This document shows positions 20,626-32,145 of a stretch of DNA of 59,745 bases, piece by piece (within the stretch, counting starts at the first letter, position 1; each line of letters opens with the position of its first letter). Below the pieces are notes generated by a model, which was not told the DNA's origin, ran no database searches, and was given only the letters and a program-made list of their open reading frames with translations. The DNA is from an uncultured virus (IMG/VR IMGVR_UViG_2061766007_000865). Taxonomy: Duplodnaviria > Heunggongvirae > Uroviricota > Caudoviricetes. Location: IMG/VR virus record IMGVR_UViG_2061766007_000865. One strand, written 5' to 3'. A program made the position numbers and the translations under genes.

Positions 20626-22670
20626 TTATGATGCAGCCATTGCCATCTCCATTTCTGCCTTGGATGTGCTCTTGGTCTTCTCGAACTTGAAACTGCCGAA
20701 AATCTTCTCATCAGGCTTGATGTAGTCCTCCAACTTAATGCCATGCGCCTTGGCAAGTTTCTTATCCTCTTCTCTTACCACAATATCAGGTCTCTTGCCT
20801 ATAATCTTCAACGCCTCAAGGTTCTTGTTACGGATACAAGCACCAAGTGCAGCACACTCGAAATCATTAACGACATTGATATCAACGTCCCTCTTTGATG
20901 CAAGCGCTTGAACAATCCAAACCATCTTAGGATACTCACATGCAATATTGATTACAGTGTCAGAGTTAAGGTCTTTGGCGTTAAAGTCATATGTATCAGA
21001 CTGCAAGATGATGTTAATCATTTTCGTCAAGTGCTGGTCTTCCTCCTTGTTAATTGATATATCATCGCCGCCATACAGATAGATAAGGGACNNNNNNNNN
21101 NNNNNNNNTCTACGGCTGAAGACTCGAACTTAGGATGGTTCACAATAGCCTCGAACAACTTGAACATGCCAGCATTGATAGCTTGGATTACTGGAATTCT
21201 CTGATTGAACTCATAGTTAACGTTAAAGTCCTTACCTTCCTCCTCAAGGAGCTTCAATGCGCCAAGCTCATCGTTCTCGTCGATAAGCTTATGAATTAAT
21301 ATTTGTGGGTCGATAGCCTCACGACCAAGGTAGTCATCAGAAGTAATGCCAATACTTGACAAGAATTTAGTCTCCCTAATATCATTATTATAGGGGTCAA
21401 ACATATTCTTTAACGATAAACTGCCATATTGGTCTTTCTCATACCGCATTACGATAAGTGACCTATCGTTGTTGTAATTAAGATTGGTATCGAGATACAC
21501 ATACAGCTTGTTGTTATTATCAATAGTTATAGAGCCTCTGTTACCAATAAGGGTGTGAGATATAAGTTTTTCAACCCCCCCTCTTTGGAGAATGTTGATA
21601 ATCATGCGTCCATCTTTCTCATATGCGATGGCATAATGCTCTGGATTACTCTTCACGAGCTTCAAGATGGAATCCATGTCCCAACCATAATTAACGAGTG
21701 GTCTTAGACGCAAGAAGAGAGACATATTACAACCAGCTCTATCAAGTGCTTGCTTGATATTAAGGGTCTCGCCATTCTGAGTGAATCCATCTTTCATTGG
21801 CTGATTGTCGCAAGTCTGTGCACAATACACGCCACGTCCATTCTCGATGGTAAAACCAATGTGTGCAAACGCATCACACTCTTTACGGCCAAAATCGAAC
21901 AAGAAATACTGATTTCTATTACCATCATCAGTTACGTACTGACGGAAATAGCTATCCTCACGGCAAATGCACCATTTTGTACGTCCGTTACCACAAAGTA
22001 GCTTACTTGACTTGAAGGATGGAACATGAACGATAACGAAGTTGCCATTATCGAGCACAACCTCACAGTCAGTTGTAACGTTAGCAATGTATGCCAACAA
22101 GTCTTCCTTATTCCACTCGTATGTGGTTTCAAGACAAGTAGTGATAGCATCTTGGAGATTATCAAGGTTTCTCAATCTAGAGCAGTTGCTGTAGAACTTA
22201 TTCTTGCGGTCATATGGGAGACGATTGAACTTTCTGAAGATGTTAGCCCACTTTTTCACGTTTGTGTTAGAATAACCCTCCATTGCAGTATACTCCTTTG
22301 GGAGTAAGCTGCTAGTAAGCATCTTACGCTGGTCAGTGTTGAAATGGCTGATTGCGTTCTTGATAATCGAGAGATTATCAAGACCTTCCATTTCCTTAAA
22401 TAACTGAGAAATAGCATTCTTTGTTGAATAAGATACAATATTCTGCTTCTCAAGAGATTTCACCAATGTCTGATTGTTGGTTGCCCAGTGATGGATTATC
22501 TCAAGTTCCTCCATGGTCATGGACTTGGAGAAAATCATTTTCACTGCCCAAATCTGATAATTTGGTTTCCCATCGAACATTTCACATACCTTGGTGAACA
22601 ATTTGTTGGTTTCAGGATTGATAGCATACTTATCAATCAAAGGCTGCATTTGTTTCTTGTTGTAAATCAT
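20626..22670 (-). CDS. large protein with T.WCI domain and C-terminal ankyrin-like repeats (two track ORFs joined across an N-gap)
   Basis: GRTKWCI...YFRQYV...QYFLFDF; DFNVN / DFNAKD / DINVVN ankyrin-like units; paralog of 22960-25542. Confidence 0.65.
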
Positions 22671-22768
22671 ATTTTTACTAAGTTATTTTTTTTTTTGTTG
22701 TNNNNNNNNNNNNNNNNNNNNNNNNNNNNNNNNNNNNNNNNNNNNNNNNNNNNNNNNNNTAACAAACC

Positions 22769-22954
22769 TTAAAATAGTGAAAGATATGTTGTCCACAGAA
22801 CCGTCATACCTATCATAAGGAAGATATCAGCATAAGCTCCAGCTTGTGTTTCTTCTTCATGGTAAGCAATAAATCTTACTGCCTTACTGAACTTATAGTT
22901 AACTGAAAAAACAGTGAAGCCTATTGTGATGAAAAGTAAAATCGTTTTAAGCAT
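22769..22954 (-). CDS. small membrane protein
   Basis: Two hydrophobic segments. Confidence 0.55.
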   Translation of the reverse strand: MLKTILLFITIGFTVFSVNYKFSKAVRFIAYHEEETQAGAYADIFLMIGMTVLWTTYLSLF

Positions 22955-22959
22955 AATGT

Positions 22960-25542
22960 TTAAAATTGGTTATCATAATCATCTTCAAGAGCAGGTTCAT
23001 CTACATCTTCAAGAGCAAGTACATCTACGCCTGCAAACTCAACAGGGTTTATAGCATTATTATCAGCTAGAACTCGAATTGTATAAACTCCATTATTTTC
23101 ATCAATTGCATTTATAGTATGAAAATCATGAGAGTTTTCATAAGAAGACATCACATCCTCATAGCGTTTCTTTACGCTCGAAGAGTCTTTTGCTTTGCCT
23201 CCGACGAATTTCTTCAAGTCTTCGTTGCCATAAAAGATTGCGTAATCAATAATACTATAGATGGCATCGTCCAATACTGAATAATCTAATTTGTCTTTAA
23301 GGATGTCAACTAATTGGTTATACAACTGAGCGCCTCTGTGGCCGTTTGCAATAATTCTCAACACCCTATGGAACATGGTGTTATAATCCCTCTTCGGAAG
23401 GCCTTTCTCATTGTCAATAATCATCTTAACGGCAATAAATAATCCCACATATCTAGTGTCATCCATTCCATAATTGCCATCATAGAAGTCCTTGATGTTC
23501 TCTTCACTCACACCCTCGATGTCCTTGAACATAGTGGTCGTTCCACTCAAGCCTATCATACATGTAACAAGGTCTTTGAGAATAGCACCAACATATTCAT
23601 TTGTAATGTAATCAGTTAACTTACCACCATTATCGTACACCAATTTGAGGTAATCGAATGACATGTATTGTTTCACCGTTCTGATAATCATTCGAGTGAA
23701 TGTGTCTTGTCCTATCTCTTTGTTAATCAGCTTATGAAGAACACCCTTAAATCCCTTCCTAAATTCTGTTACACAACTGTCGATGATTTTAGCATGGTAT
23801 GAAAGCAAACCAAGTTTCAACCTTGAATAAGGGTCGTTGACTCTTCTTATTGTGTTATATGGCAAGCCAAATTCAACGAGGTTTGCCTCGAATACGTTAG
23901 TAGAGAGCTGCATCATCCCACTATCATACATACTTAAGCAATACTCTCCATCAGAGCTTCCATCGATGATGGCAAACTGAATCTTGTCAACATCATAGAT
24001 ACTTTTAGTGAAGTCTATGAATAGAATGTGCTGGAACTCCCAATGTTCATTTGGGATAACATTAATATATCTGTCACCAAAGAAGTAACGAATATTCTCA
24101 TCCATGATGGAAAGAACCATCTTACCTTCACTATTCTTAAGGACATCAACATTCTCTCGATTTACACACTCATACAAGTAGTTCATAAGGCTGTCTTCAT
24201 CCCACTTATAAGGTGGCATGTCATATTGAGACACAAGGGTGATATCAATTCCGTCATTGGCAAGTAGTGAATGGATGTCATGTGGGTTCTCATTGAACCT
24301 ATCGATAAAGGAATTAAGGAAGTTTGACTCTTGTATTCCACAACCCATAAGATTCTCATTAATGAAATTATGAGCAGCAGTAATACCCTTGTTATGCATT
24401 ACCGTGAAACCAACAATGGACAGTTTATCATCCTCACGCTTCGAGAAGTCAAAAATCACATATTGCGAGGCTGCACCGTGATGTTTTTCAACATAATTTT
24501 TCCAATATGACTTGTTTTTGGAAATACACCAGTTGGTGGTCTTACCAAGCTGCTTTATGGTTTCGTAATCAAGAACCTTAACAAGCACAATGTCATTGTT
24601 TTCGTAGACCTTTTCGTATTTGATGCCCTCAACGTTCTCAAGGAAGTCCATGAATGATTCCTTACTCCATGAGAAATGTACACTAGTTGCAAAACGAAGC
24701 TGTCTCAATAACTCATCGAAATTAGTAATTGATGACACCTTCTTAATGAAGTTAAGTCTCTTTGCTTCTGAAAGACGTGAAAAACGCAAAAGGGCTTGCC
24801 TATCATTATCTCCCAACTTATTAGTTCTTAATAGTTTCTTCTGTGCTGTGTTGAATGAATTAATTGAATCATTAATTCTTTTCTCCTTTTTTAACTCTTC
24901 TAACTCCTCTATGAGCTTAAAGATGGAGTCTTTTGAAGTATATGCCGTTATTGTGCCCTTCGATAAGTTCTTTGCAAGCTGTTTGTAAGAGTCGTGCCAA
25001 GTGAAGATATTCTTGAGAGTACGCAATGGTATTTTATTCAAGCAGCGAGAAGTTACTGCCCACTGAAAGAAATTCTTAGAGCCATCAGTGTATGCATATA
25101 GTATCTTCAGCATGATGTCTTTCGTGTGAATACCAAACTTATTGGTCAAGTTTGTCACCATCTTATTGTTATCTTTCAAGAACTTTTCGTAATCACTCTC
25201 AAAAGAATCAGGTAGTAAGGTAATCTCGTAGAAATATTCACTTGCATATGATAGGTTATCACTATTAACAGCGATGACACGACGAATATTATCTAGAACA
25301 TCATTTGCATCGAAACGTTCCTTAAAGTCAGCAGATGCGATGATTCTATCACACGTCCACGGAGAACTATGAATGTGATGGTTGAAGATGAACATCATCT
25401 CTCCAAATGAACTACCATTAGGGAATTTGACAACCTTACAAATATCCAATTCATAGTTACTATTCTTCACTAGAATAGTTTTCAAAGAGGTGCCAGACAC
25501 TCTGAATAGGTGCCTGACACTTCTAATACTTGTGCCTATCAT
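22960..25542 (-). CDS. large hypothetical protein with T.WCI domain
   Basis: 860 aa; GKTTNWCISK..SYWKNYV...QYVIFDF. Confidence 0.75.
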   Translation of the reverse strand: MIGTSIRSVRHLFRVSGTSLKTILVKNSNYELDICKVVKFPNGSSFGEMMFIFNHHIHSSPWTCDRIIASADFKERFDANDVLDNIRRVIAVNSDNLSYASEYFYEITLLPDSFESDYEKFLKDNNKMVTNLTNKFGIHTKDIMLKILYAYTDGSKNFFQWAVTSRCLNKIPLRTLKNIFTWHDSYKQLAKNLSKGTITAYTSKDSIFKLIEELEELKKEKRINDSINSFNTAQKKLLRTNKLGDNDRQALLRFSRLSEAKRLNFIKKVSSITNFDELLRQLRFATSVHFSWSKESFMDFLENVEGIKYEKVYENNDIVLVKVLDYETIKQLGKTTNWCISKNKSYWKNYVEKHHGAASQYVIFDFSKREDDKLSIVGFTVMHNKGITAAHNFINENLMGCGIQESNFLNSFIDRFNENPHDIHSLLANDGIDITLVSQYDMPPYKWDEDSLMNYLYECVNRENVDVLKNSEGKMVLSIMDENIRYFFGDRYINVIPNEHWEFQHILFIDFTKSIYDVDKIQFAIIDGSSDGEYCLSMYDSGMMQLSTNVFEANLVEFGLPYNTIRRVNDPYSRLKLGLLSYHAKIIDSCVTEFRKGFKGVLHKLINKEIGQDTFTRMIIRTVKQYMSFDYLKLVYDNGGKLTDYITNEYVGAILKDLVTCMIGLSGTTTMFKDIEGVSEENIKDFYDGNYGMDDTRYVGLFIAVKMIIDNEKGLPKRDYNTMFHRVLRIIANGHRGAQLYNQLVDILKDKLDYSVLDDAIYSIIDYAIFYGNEDLKKFVGGKAKDSSSVKKRYEDVMSSYENSHDFHTINAIDENNGVYTIRVLADNNAINPVEFAGVDVLALEDVDEPALEDDYDNQF

Positions 25543-25551
25543 AATATTAGA

Positions 25552-27078
25552 TTAAAATTTAATATCATTACTGAATTTCTCGCTCACCTCTGTCTCAAAC
25601 AATGAGTAGTCAACATTTGACTTCTCACAGATGTTCTTGATTGCCTCAAGAACCTCATCCTTGATTGCCAAGATATGTCCATCATAACGATTAACAATGT
25701 ACTTAACAATCTCAAAGTTGAGCTGCTCATCCTTGGTAACACTAGTCTTATTGGCATTGTAGCTACTAGTGTAACCGCCACTATAATAGCTTGTGCTTCT
25801 ACGCTTGTTGTCTCCAAGGCTCTCTAACTGCTTGGTATCATCCACATCAGTGCGGATATAGAAGCCACCCTCTTTCTTGTATGTACCCTTAGATGCGCTC
25901 CAACTAGAGGCATGTTTCAAGTAGTGACGTGTGCAACCGATATGGTCAATTAGGGCAATACCCATACCGCAAGCATGGTCCATATGTTCCATAATGATGT
26001 ACTCGCTCTCTGAGTGAGCGTTGTAACCACCATTGCCAAAGTTCATACACATAACGCCAGTCTGCTTACGAATCTCCATCACGTCAGTGATTGGCTCTGA
26101 GTAGAAACAATCTTTAAGACCCCACTCATCACACACTGGTTTCATCCACTTCTCATAGAAGTCATAAGAGAAGAGCTTGACACCAGCACATGACCATGCA
26201 GCACGAATCAAGTCTGGAGAATCATAGCCGATACAGTAGCCAACATCCTTGAACCAATCCTTGTCAAGTTCCTTAGAACCCAAACAACCCACCTCTTCAC
26301 AAAGGAAGAAACAAGCCTTAAGTTTATCAAGGTGTTCAAACATTGAAAGACAGATACAAACGCCTCCCTTATCATCAGCGCCAATACCAATCTTGTCTTG
26401 CCCCTTGGTGTCTACATATACCTTATGTTCGCCATCCTTAGTACGCTCACACTTAAGGTCAAGGTTTACGCCAGCGAAGATATAAGGCTGCTGCTTGTGC
26501 TGAACGCTGTCAAGATGAGAGGTCACACAAGGATAATACTCACCTTCAGCTAGCTTACCTTTGGTAAGATATATGTTTCCGTAATCATCAAATTCATATT
26601 TAATGCCGTTACGTTTTGCAAACTGAATGACATAGACAACCAAACGGAATTCATTATGGCTATCACTAGGAATTGACATTGTTTCAAGAACAAAGTTCTT
26701 ATCCAAATATGCCAAATCCATATCGTCATCGATGGGGTCAGTCACCACTTCAGTCACTTCTACCTCACCTTTTTCATCAGAGGCTTCAGATTCCTTCTTT
26801 GGTTTCTCATGCGATACAATGTCAGTGACAACCATTTCATTATCCTTATTCTCAAGGCGCACCGTTACGATGTCACCAATGATAGGTGTTTCCTTAAACT
26901 TTTCGTAAGGCAATACAGTTCCCTCTTTATTGTCAAAACGGATGGAAACTTCCTTACCAAAGATAATTGAAACAATCTTGCCAGATATCTCTTTAGCGTT
27001 CTTAGAGTTATTATCTCCTTGAGGGGTAGTCTCAATGATGCCCTCTTTCTTCTCATTTAATTCATTAGAGTCATTCAT
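25552..27078 (-). CDS. M28/M20-family zinc peptidase-like protein
   Basis: SHLDSV, GIGADDKGG, EEVG..GS and GYNAH metal-binding motifs; start set at MNDS, downstream of the promoter at 27104. Confidence 0.75.
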   Translation of the reverse strand: MNDSNELNEKKEGIIETTPQGDNNSKNAKEISGKIVSIIFGKEVSIRFDNKEGTVLPYEKFKETPIIGDIVTVRLENKDNEMVVTDIVSHEKPKKESEASDEKGEVEVTEVVTDPIDDDMDLAYLDKNFVLETMSIPSDSHNEFRLVVYVIQFAKRNGIKYEFDDYGNIYLTKGKLAEGEYYPCVTSHLDSVQHKQQPYIFAGVNLDLKCERTKDGEHKVYVDTKGQDKIGIGADDKGGVCICLSMFEHLDKLKACFFLCEEVGCLGSKELDKDWFKDVGYCIGYDSPDLIRAAWSCAGVKLFSYDFYEKWMKPVCDEWGLKDCFYSEPITDVMEIRKQTGVMCMNFGNGGYNAHSESEYIIMEHMDHACGMGIALIDHIGCTRHYLKHASSWSASKGTYKKEGGFYIRTDVDDTKQLESLGDNKRRSTSYYSGGYTSSYNANKTSVTKDEQLNFEIVKYIVNRYDGHILAIKDEVLEAIKNICEKSNVDYSLFETEVSEKFSNDIKF

Positions 27079-27168
27079 TCCTAAAATTTTTTTGATTAAT
27101 TTTTGCAAAGATATAGTATTTTTTTAATTAAACCAAAATATTGATAAAACTTTAACCTTAATTAACAC

Positions 27169-27420
27169 CTATTGTTCCACTATTGCACATTGTACCAAGG
27201 GTGAACGTTTTAACACTGGAGCAATCTGTATTCTGTATTCTTTTCGTTTTCCTATTGTAACAGCCTTTTCGATAGAATCCTTATTAACAATGTTAACACC
27301 TATCTTATATCCAAGGCTCTTGATGAGGCTAATCCTAAAATCCACATCCTTAACATGGTCAACGAAATAACATATATCCCTATAATCTCTCTTAAATTTT
27401 TCGTTTTTGCTTTCCTTCAT
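27169..27420 (-). CDS. hypothetical protein
   Basis: 83-aa ORF in operon. Confidence 0.6.
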   Translation of the reverse strand: MKESKNEKFKRDYRDICYFVDHVKDVDFRISLIKSLGYKIGVNIVNKDSIEKAVTIGKRKEYRIQIAPVLKRSPLVQCAIVEQ

Positions 27421-27776
27421 CTTAGTATAGAATTAAGCAAAATCTTTTTGTCACTAGGGGATAGTCTGAACCACTTGCTTGAGAAAGATGATAATCCGAA
27501 TTTGTTTTTGATTTTTGTCTTCTCCCTATTCGGTATCGAATCGTATGTACGAATCAACTCACCTTTAATCAGAATGTTAGTCTGACTTTTAGAGAGTTTG
27601 GAAAATTCGTTATTCCAGTCAACAGATGGTAAGTGAAGCTTCTCGAAGATATGTTTGTACTTGCGGCTTGAACGAACTTTCTCTGCGCTAGGCTTTGCAT
27701 CCCATTTTTCCTTTGCCCTACTTACAATGGATTTACGTGACAATAATGTTTCTGCAATTACATTGTTTTTGACCAT
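27417..27776 (-). CDS. basic hypothetical protein
   Basis: 119-aa ORF in operon. Confidence 0.6.
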   Translation of the reverse strand: MVKNNVIAETLLSRKSIVSRAKEKWDAKPSAEKVRSSRKYKHIFEKLHLPSVDWNNEFSKLSKSQTNILIKGELIRTYDSIPNREKTKIKNKFGLSSFSSKWFRLSPSDKKILLNSILR

Positions 27777-28293
27777 TATTTTTTCTTCAAGATTTCAAAA
27801 TAGAATGATTTATCGACACCCTCCCATGAACTGACTTGAGCCATTGATTTGTAATATACATACCAATCCTCTTCCTTGTACTCTGGGAACACCACATCAC
27901 CATCAGCATCATCATTGACGATTGTTAATCTCATCTCGTCAACAAGTCCTCTTTCCATGAACTGACGATAAATGCTCTCACCTCCAATAACGAATACTTC
28001 CTTATCTGCGAAGAAAGCATCACATAACTCTACAGCATCTTCAATTGAGTGCACAATGTAAACATTGTCGAACTTTGCGTCAACACCGTACTCTTTATCA
28101 GATGTAATGATAACGTTAACTCTGTCCTTCAATGGTTCACCATTCGGTAACGACTCAAAGGTCTTTCTACCCATGATTATCNNNNNNNNNNNNNNNNNNN
28201 NNNNNNNNCGTTCCCAATGTGATATAAGAGCTTACCCTCATTACCTAGCACCCTTTTTCGATTGATGCAAGCAATAATCTTAAATGTAGTCAT
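27776..28293 (-). CDS. folA: dihydrofolate reductase
   Basis: N-terminus IIACIN...LGNEGKLLYH before the gap; then IMGRKTFESLP..PL.DR.N, VIGGESIY and GDVVFP. Confidence 0.9.
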
Positions 28294-28371
28294 AAAAAAT
28301 ATTTTTAATTAAACTTTATGCAAATATATGGAAAAACGCTGAAAATCCAAAATTCTCAGCGTTAATTAATG

Positions 28372-28656
28372 TTAATGATTAAACAATTTACTCAATAACA
28401 ACTTGTTGAAAAGGGTATTAATCACTTCTGTAAGACCCATGTCCTTAACATCGTCGAACATAATTTTTTCCTTTTCAAGAACCTTTGGTCTATTATCCTT
28501 TGGATAAACGATTGTCTTCCAGTAATTACCCAAATCTTCGATACGGTTATGGTCGTCGAATTTATTGTACCAGACAAGCACTCTTTCAGATGTATAACCA
28601 TATATGTTAAGCAATGATGCTATATACTTTTCATTGAGTTCAATATTAATATTCAT
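28372..28656 (-). CDS. hypothetical protein
   Basis: 94-aa ORF. Confidence 0.6.
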   Translation of the reverse strand: MNINIELNEKYIASLLNIYGYTSERVLVWYNKFDDHNRIEDLGNYWKTIVYPKDNRPKVLEKEKIMFDDVKDMGLTEVINTLFNKLLLSKLFNH

Positions 28657-29105
28657 GATGTTGCGTTTTTAAGTTTAAGCCAATTGTCTATTAATTCAGC
28701 ATAATGGCTGCCAAGACCTCTAACCCACCATCTATGGGCTACTATGTCTCTACTGTGTTGAAAATCATCAAACCATTTATGATATTCATCCTCCCAGAAT
28801 ATACCAAGAAAAGCCGCATATAGATTGTATATATTCTTCATGTCACAAAGACCTTGTGACCAAAGAAAATTACTAAAGTTGCACATTCCTAAAATCTCCA
28901 TGCACCCACTTCTATCCCACCATAGCGGCGTTCTTGTCTTATGGATATTTAGATAGCTTTTAACGAAGTTATGATATTCTCTCGTAGTTATATATTTATC
29001 CCAATAGTGCAAGGTTTTGGTTTCCTTGAAGAATAGTAATGTTACACGCTTATAGTCATTTTCTGTGACGAAAGCTGATTCTTTTATCAAATCCATGTGA
29101 TTCAA
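28653..29105 (-). CDS. hypothetical protein, paralog family A (divergent)
   Basis: FFKETKTLHYWDKY...ILGMCNFSNFL. Confidence 0.65.
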   Translation of the reverse strand: MNHMDLIKESAFVTENDYKRVTLLFFKETKTLHYWDKYITTREYHNFVKSYLNIHKTRTPLWWDRSGCMEILGMCNFSNFLWSQGLCDMKNIYNLYAAFLGIFWEDEYHKWFDDFQHSRDIVAHRWWVRGLGSHYAELIDNWLKLKNATS

Positions 29106-29772
29106 TATGTTGGTCGTTTGTTCTTGTATCTGTAAATTCCTTGTCTCTCAATGATGAGATATACTCATAAAGATTATTCCATATCTCATGGGCATCAATG
29201 AACTTAGGTATATATGTAAGAGCTAGAATAGGATTGTCAATTTTAAATCTCATATCCCATTCTGTAACCTCAAAGTCACCATTGCCTTTATCATACCAAT
29301 GCTTATTGTAAGTTATAGGGCAAAGACACATTGGAGCTTGTGAGATTTTTTCGCCCTTGCCAATATCCCTCTTTTTTACAAGTCCATAATTAAGACACAC
29401 CTTGTTCTCATCCTCATCATCAATATATCTCTCAACTTCGAAATAATAATGATGATAGCCAACCTCAAGAACGAAATAAAGCACATGTCCTTCCTTGATG
29501 TCCTCCAAAGACTTCTTAGAATCACCTTTCTCACCAAGTAATTTCTTGCTCTTCCATCTCTTGATGGTTTTCCTCTTCTCATCGAGATATATGGGCTTAT
29601 TGCAGAACCAATCCTCCACCCTACTATTGTAGAAATGACCCCATCTCTTAGTGGGGTCGATTGGAAACGCATCCCTACGGTCATATACTACTAGTTCATC
29701 TTGCCCATAAACTTGCTGCAAGTAATCATAATAGTCTTTAAACCCCTTTCCCTCTTTACGTAATATTTTCAT
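29056..29772 (-). CDS. hypothetical protein with C-terminal I.SHGFD...SFR motif
   Basis: N-terminal KDYYD; C-terminal IESHGFDKRISFR. Confidence 0.7.
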   Translation of the reverse strand: MKILRKEGKGFKDYYDYLQQVYGQDELVVYDRRDAFPIDPTKRWGHFYNSRVEDWFCNKPIYLDEKRKTIKRWKSKKLLGEKGDSKKSLEDIKEGHVLYFVLEVGYHHYYFEVERYIDDEDENKVCLNYGLVKKRDIGKGEKISQAPMCLCPITYNKHWYDKGNGDFEVTEWDMRFKIDNPILALTYIPKFIDAHEIWNNLYEYISSLRDKEFTDTRTNDQHIESHGFDKRISFRHRK

Positions 29773-29932
29773 ACCATTTTTATTTCTTAATGCAAAGATA
29801 CAAAAAAAAATTGGATTAAGCAAGGACTAATCCAATCTTTTAACGTTATTTAATGAACAAACGCTAGCTGATAATATGTGTTCCATACTACTAGCTAGCG
29901 TTATTTAAACTGTTTGTGTAGTCTAGATTAGA

Positions 29933-30097
29933 TTACTCAGCGACGATAGAATCACCGACTACCTCAAGCGAATCAACGATAGTGTCAACAGCAACGCTGT
30001 CTGAATCGATTGATGTCTGAACTGATGCAGTCTGACCACCGCAAGCTGCAAATGTCATGGCAACGAAAGCCACGAACACAAATAAAATTTTCTTCAT
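29933..30097 (-). CDS. small Bacteroidota-type acidic lipoprotein (not in ORF track)
   Basis: MKKILFVFVAFVAMTFAAC-GGQ...DSDSVAVDTIVDS; downstream of the promoter at 30144. Confidence 0.7.
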   Translation of the reverse strand: MKKILFVFVAFVAMTFAACGGQTASVQTSIDSDSVAVDTIVDSLEVVGDSIVAE

Positions 30098-30165
30098 TTT
30101 CTTTTTTGTTTAATTAAGTTTATTAATTTTATTGTTTTTGGTTTGCAAAGATATCAAAAATATTT

Positions 30166-30585
30166 TTAATAACCAAATAATTCCTCAATTTTTCTAATTT
30201 TTTTTGCATAAAGCTTGTGTAAAAGAGTACATTTCCTCTCCGTATACCCCAAGTTCATGAACCCCTTATCTTTGAAACTGAGACAGAAACCTAGGAAATT
30301 TTTAATTTTCTCTAAACAATAATCATCATATCTATTTGAAAAGCTATGGCACACATAAGATAAACCTATTGCCCATCTTAAATTCAAAAAGTAATAATAA
30401 CCATATCCTTCTTTCGCACCACTCCAACGTATATTGCGATTGAATACATCAAACATTTCGTCCAAATCTGAATAATCTAGAGTTTTTCCTTTAATTCTTA
30501 ATATTGCACTAGTTTGATGGCAATCAGTAAAATGTTCAAAAAGCTTGGCAATTCTAGAAATTAAGCGCTTATCTTGCGTAACCAT
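30166..30585 (-). CDS. hypothetical protein
   Basis: 139-aa ORF. Confidence 0.6.
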   Translation of the reverse strand: MVTQDKRLISRIAKLFEHFTDCHQTSAILRIKGKTLDYSDLDEMFDVFNRNIRWSGAKEGYGYYYFLNLRWAIGLSYVCHSFSNRYDDYCLEKIKNFLGFCLSFKDKGFMNLGYTERKCTLLHKLYAKKIRKIEELFGY

Positions 30586-30611
30586 TGTTAATTGTATATA
30601 ATATGGCGTTT

Positions 30612-31171
30612 TTAATGCTTCTTAATGTTAAAGATTTCCTTGATGCGTTTATCATGATTGAAAGCCCACATGTATTCATCCACATCTTCTAGTTTAATCC
30701 ATTTAATCTCTCCAACTTCCTTTCNNNNNNNNNNNNNNNNNNNNNNNNNTCGTCTGTAGTTGCGTCTTCAATGAATGCTGCGAAACGGAATGTCACATTC
30801 TGCCTATTAGCCTCTGGACTGTCCTCATAGCTTATAAACTCCACAATGTCTTCGTCGATAAGGAGTCCAGTCTCTTCATACAGCTCCCTCATTGCACAGT
30901 CCTTTGTGGTTTCGTTGTAATCTAGATAGCCACATGAGCAGTTCCAAAACCCTATAAAATCAGCAGCTTCTTCACCTCGTTCTGACGCTAGAACGCACCA
31001 ATTTCCTTCTTTGTCTTTACAATATACGAAGATTGCCGATGCCATTGAGCGACTAAACCATCCTAAGAAATGTCCATGCTTATCATAACAAGGTTGGTTT
31101 TTCAAGGCTAATTCGAGAACAGCCTTGTCCTTGTTAGGCTGTTCTTCTAATAATCCATTCAAGTTTTCCAT
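30612..31171 (-). CDS. NUDIX hydrolase
   Basis: Nudix box GYLDYNETTKDCAMRELYEETG; C-terminus EVGEIKWI...WAFNH read in another frame after the N-gap. Confidence 0.85.
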
Positions 31172-31328
31172 TAATTAAATTATTTTTTTCAATGATATTT
31201 TCTGCAAAGATACATAAAAAAAACGAGAAAAGCAAATTAATTAACACTGTTTAACCATTAAAATGGTCAGCGTTTCACAACGCCAACCACCGTATATAAA
31301 ATTCTGATAAAGCCTATAGTTTTCACTT

Positions 31329-31697
31329 TCAACGACTTAGCTTCCTATTGTTGATAGTTGCATTAAGTACAATCAAATACTTATGTAACTGCTCCTTATT
31401 AAGGATGTAAGACATGTGCTTAACATTCTTGTTAATCAAGTTGTTTGTAACAGCCATACGGCTTGTCTCACCATCTTGTACAGCAGCGAACAGTAAGTCA
31501 TTTGACAACTCATGTGTCACTGCCTCAACAGCATCAATCTGGTCACTTGACAACTGAAGGTAGCTAGCCAATCTGCTTGTGTTAACCTTAACATTGTATC
31601 TCTCGATACGTTCAGCCTCTGTTGCGTTAGTATCCTCTGCGAATACATTAACACCCATGGTGAATAGCATCACCAACATAATCAAATACTTCTTCAT
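31329..31697 (-). CDS. secreted helical protein, Bacteroidota type
   Basis: Signal peptide MKKYLIMLVMLFTMGVNVFA. Confidence 0.65.
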   Translation of the reverse strand: MKKYLIMLVMLFTMGVNVFAEDTNATEAERIERYNVKVNTSRLASYLQLSSDQIDAVEAVTHELSNDLLFAAVQDGETSRMAVTNNLINKNVKHMSYILNKEQLHKYLIVLNATINNRKLSR

Positions 31698-32145
31698 AAT
31701 AATTTTCCCTTTCTTTTTTTTAATTCACTTACTTATTTTACTTACTTTTCTTAATTGTGGAAATGAATCGGTACACTTACTTCTATTATGTCTAACCGAT
31801 ACACTCCACATGCACTTACTTGGATATTATTTTCCCAAGCTGTTGTTGTTTCTGACCTTGCACTTCATTTAATATATATAACCCAACTTCACAATGTCAA
31901 CCATCCAAAATATGTTTTTTGCAAAAACCATATACTATTTGACCTATGTCAATTTATAATTGTGTGCGAACACATATTTTGATTAACATTGCAAAGATAT
32001 AAAAAAAACTCTAATATTCAAAATGTTAGGGAGAAAAAAGCCAAAAAAAGGAATAAATATTGATTTAAATCATGACCATTTATGTGTATGAGAAATTAGT
32101 CATATTAACTGAAAAGTCCTATTTTTGTATGAAATTTCAGACACG

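Noticed and set aside
15265..31171. Programmed frameshifts or pseudogenes in the CCA enzyme, T.WCI/ankyrin gene, DHFR and NUDIX
   Set aside because: Each break coincides with an N-run of estimated length, so these are assembly artefacts.
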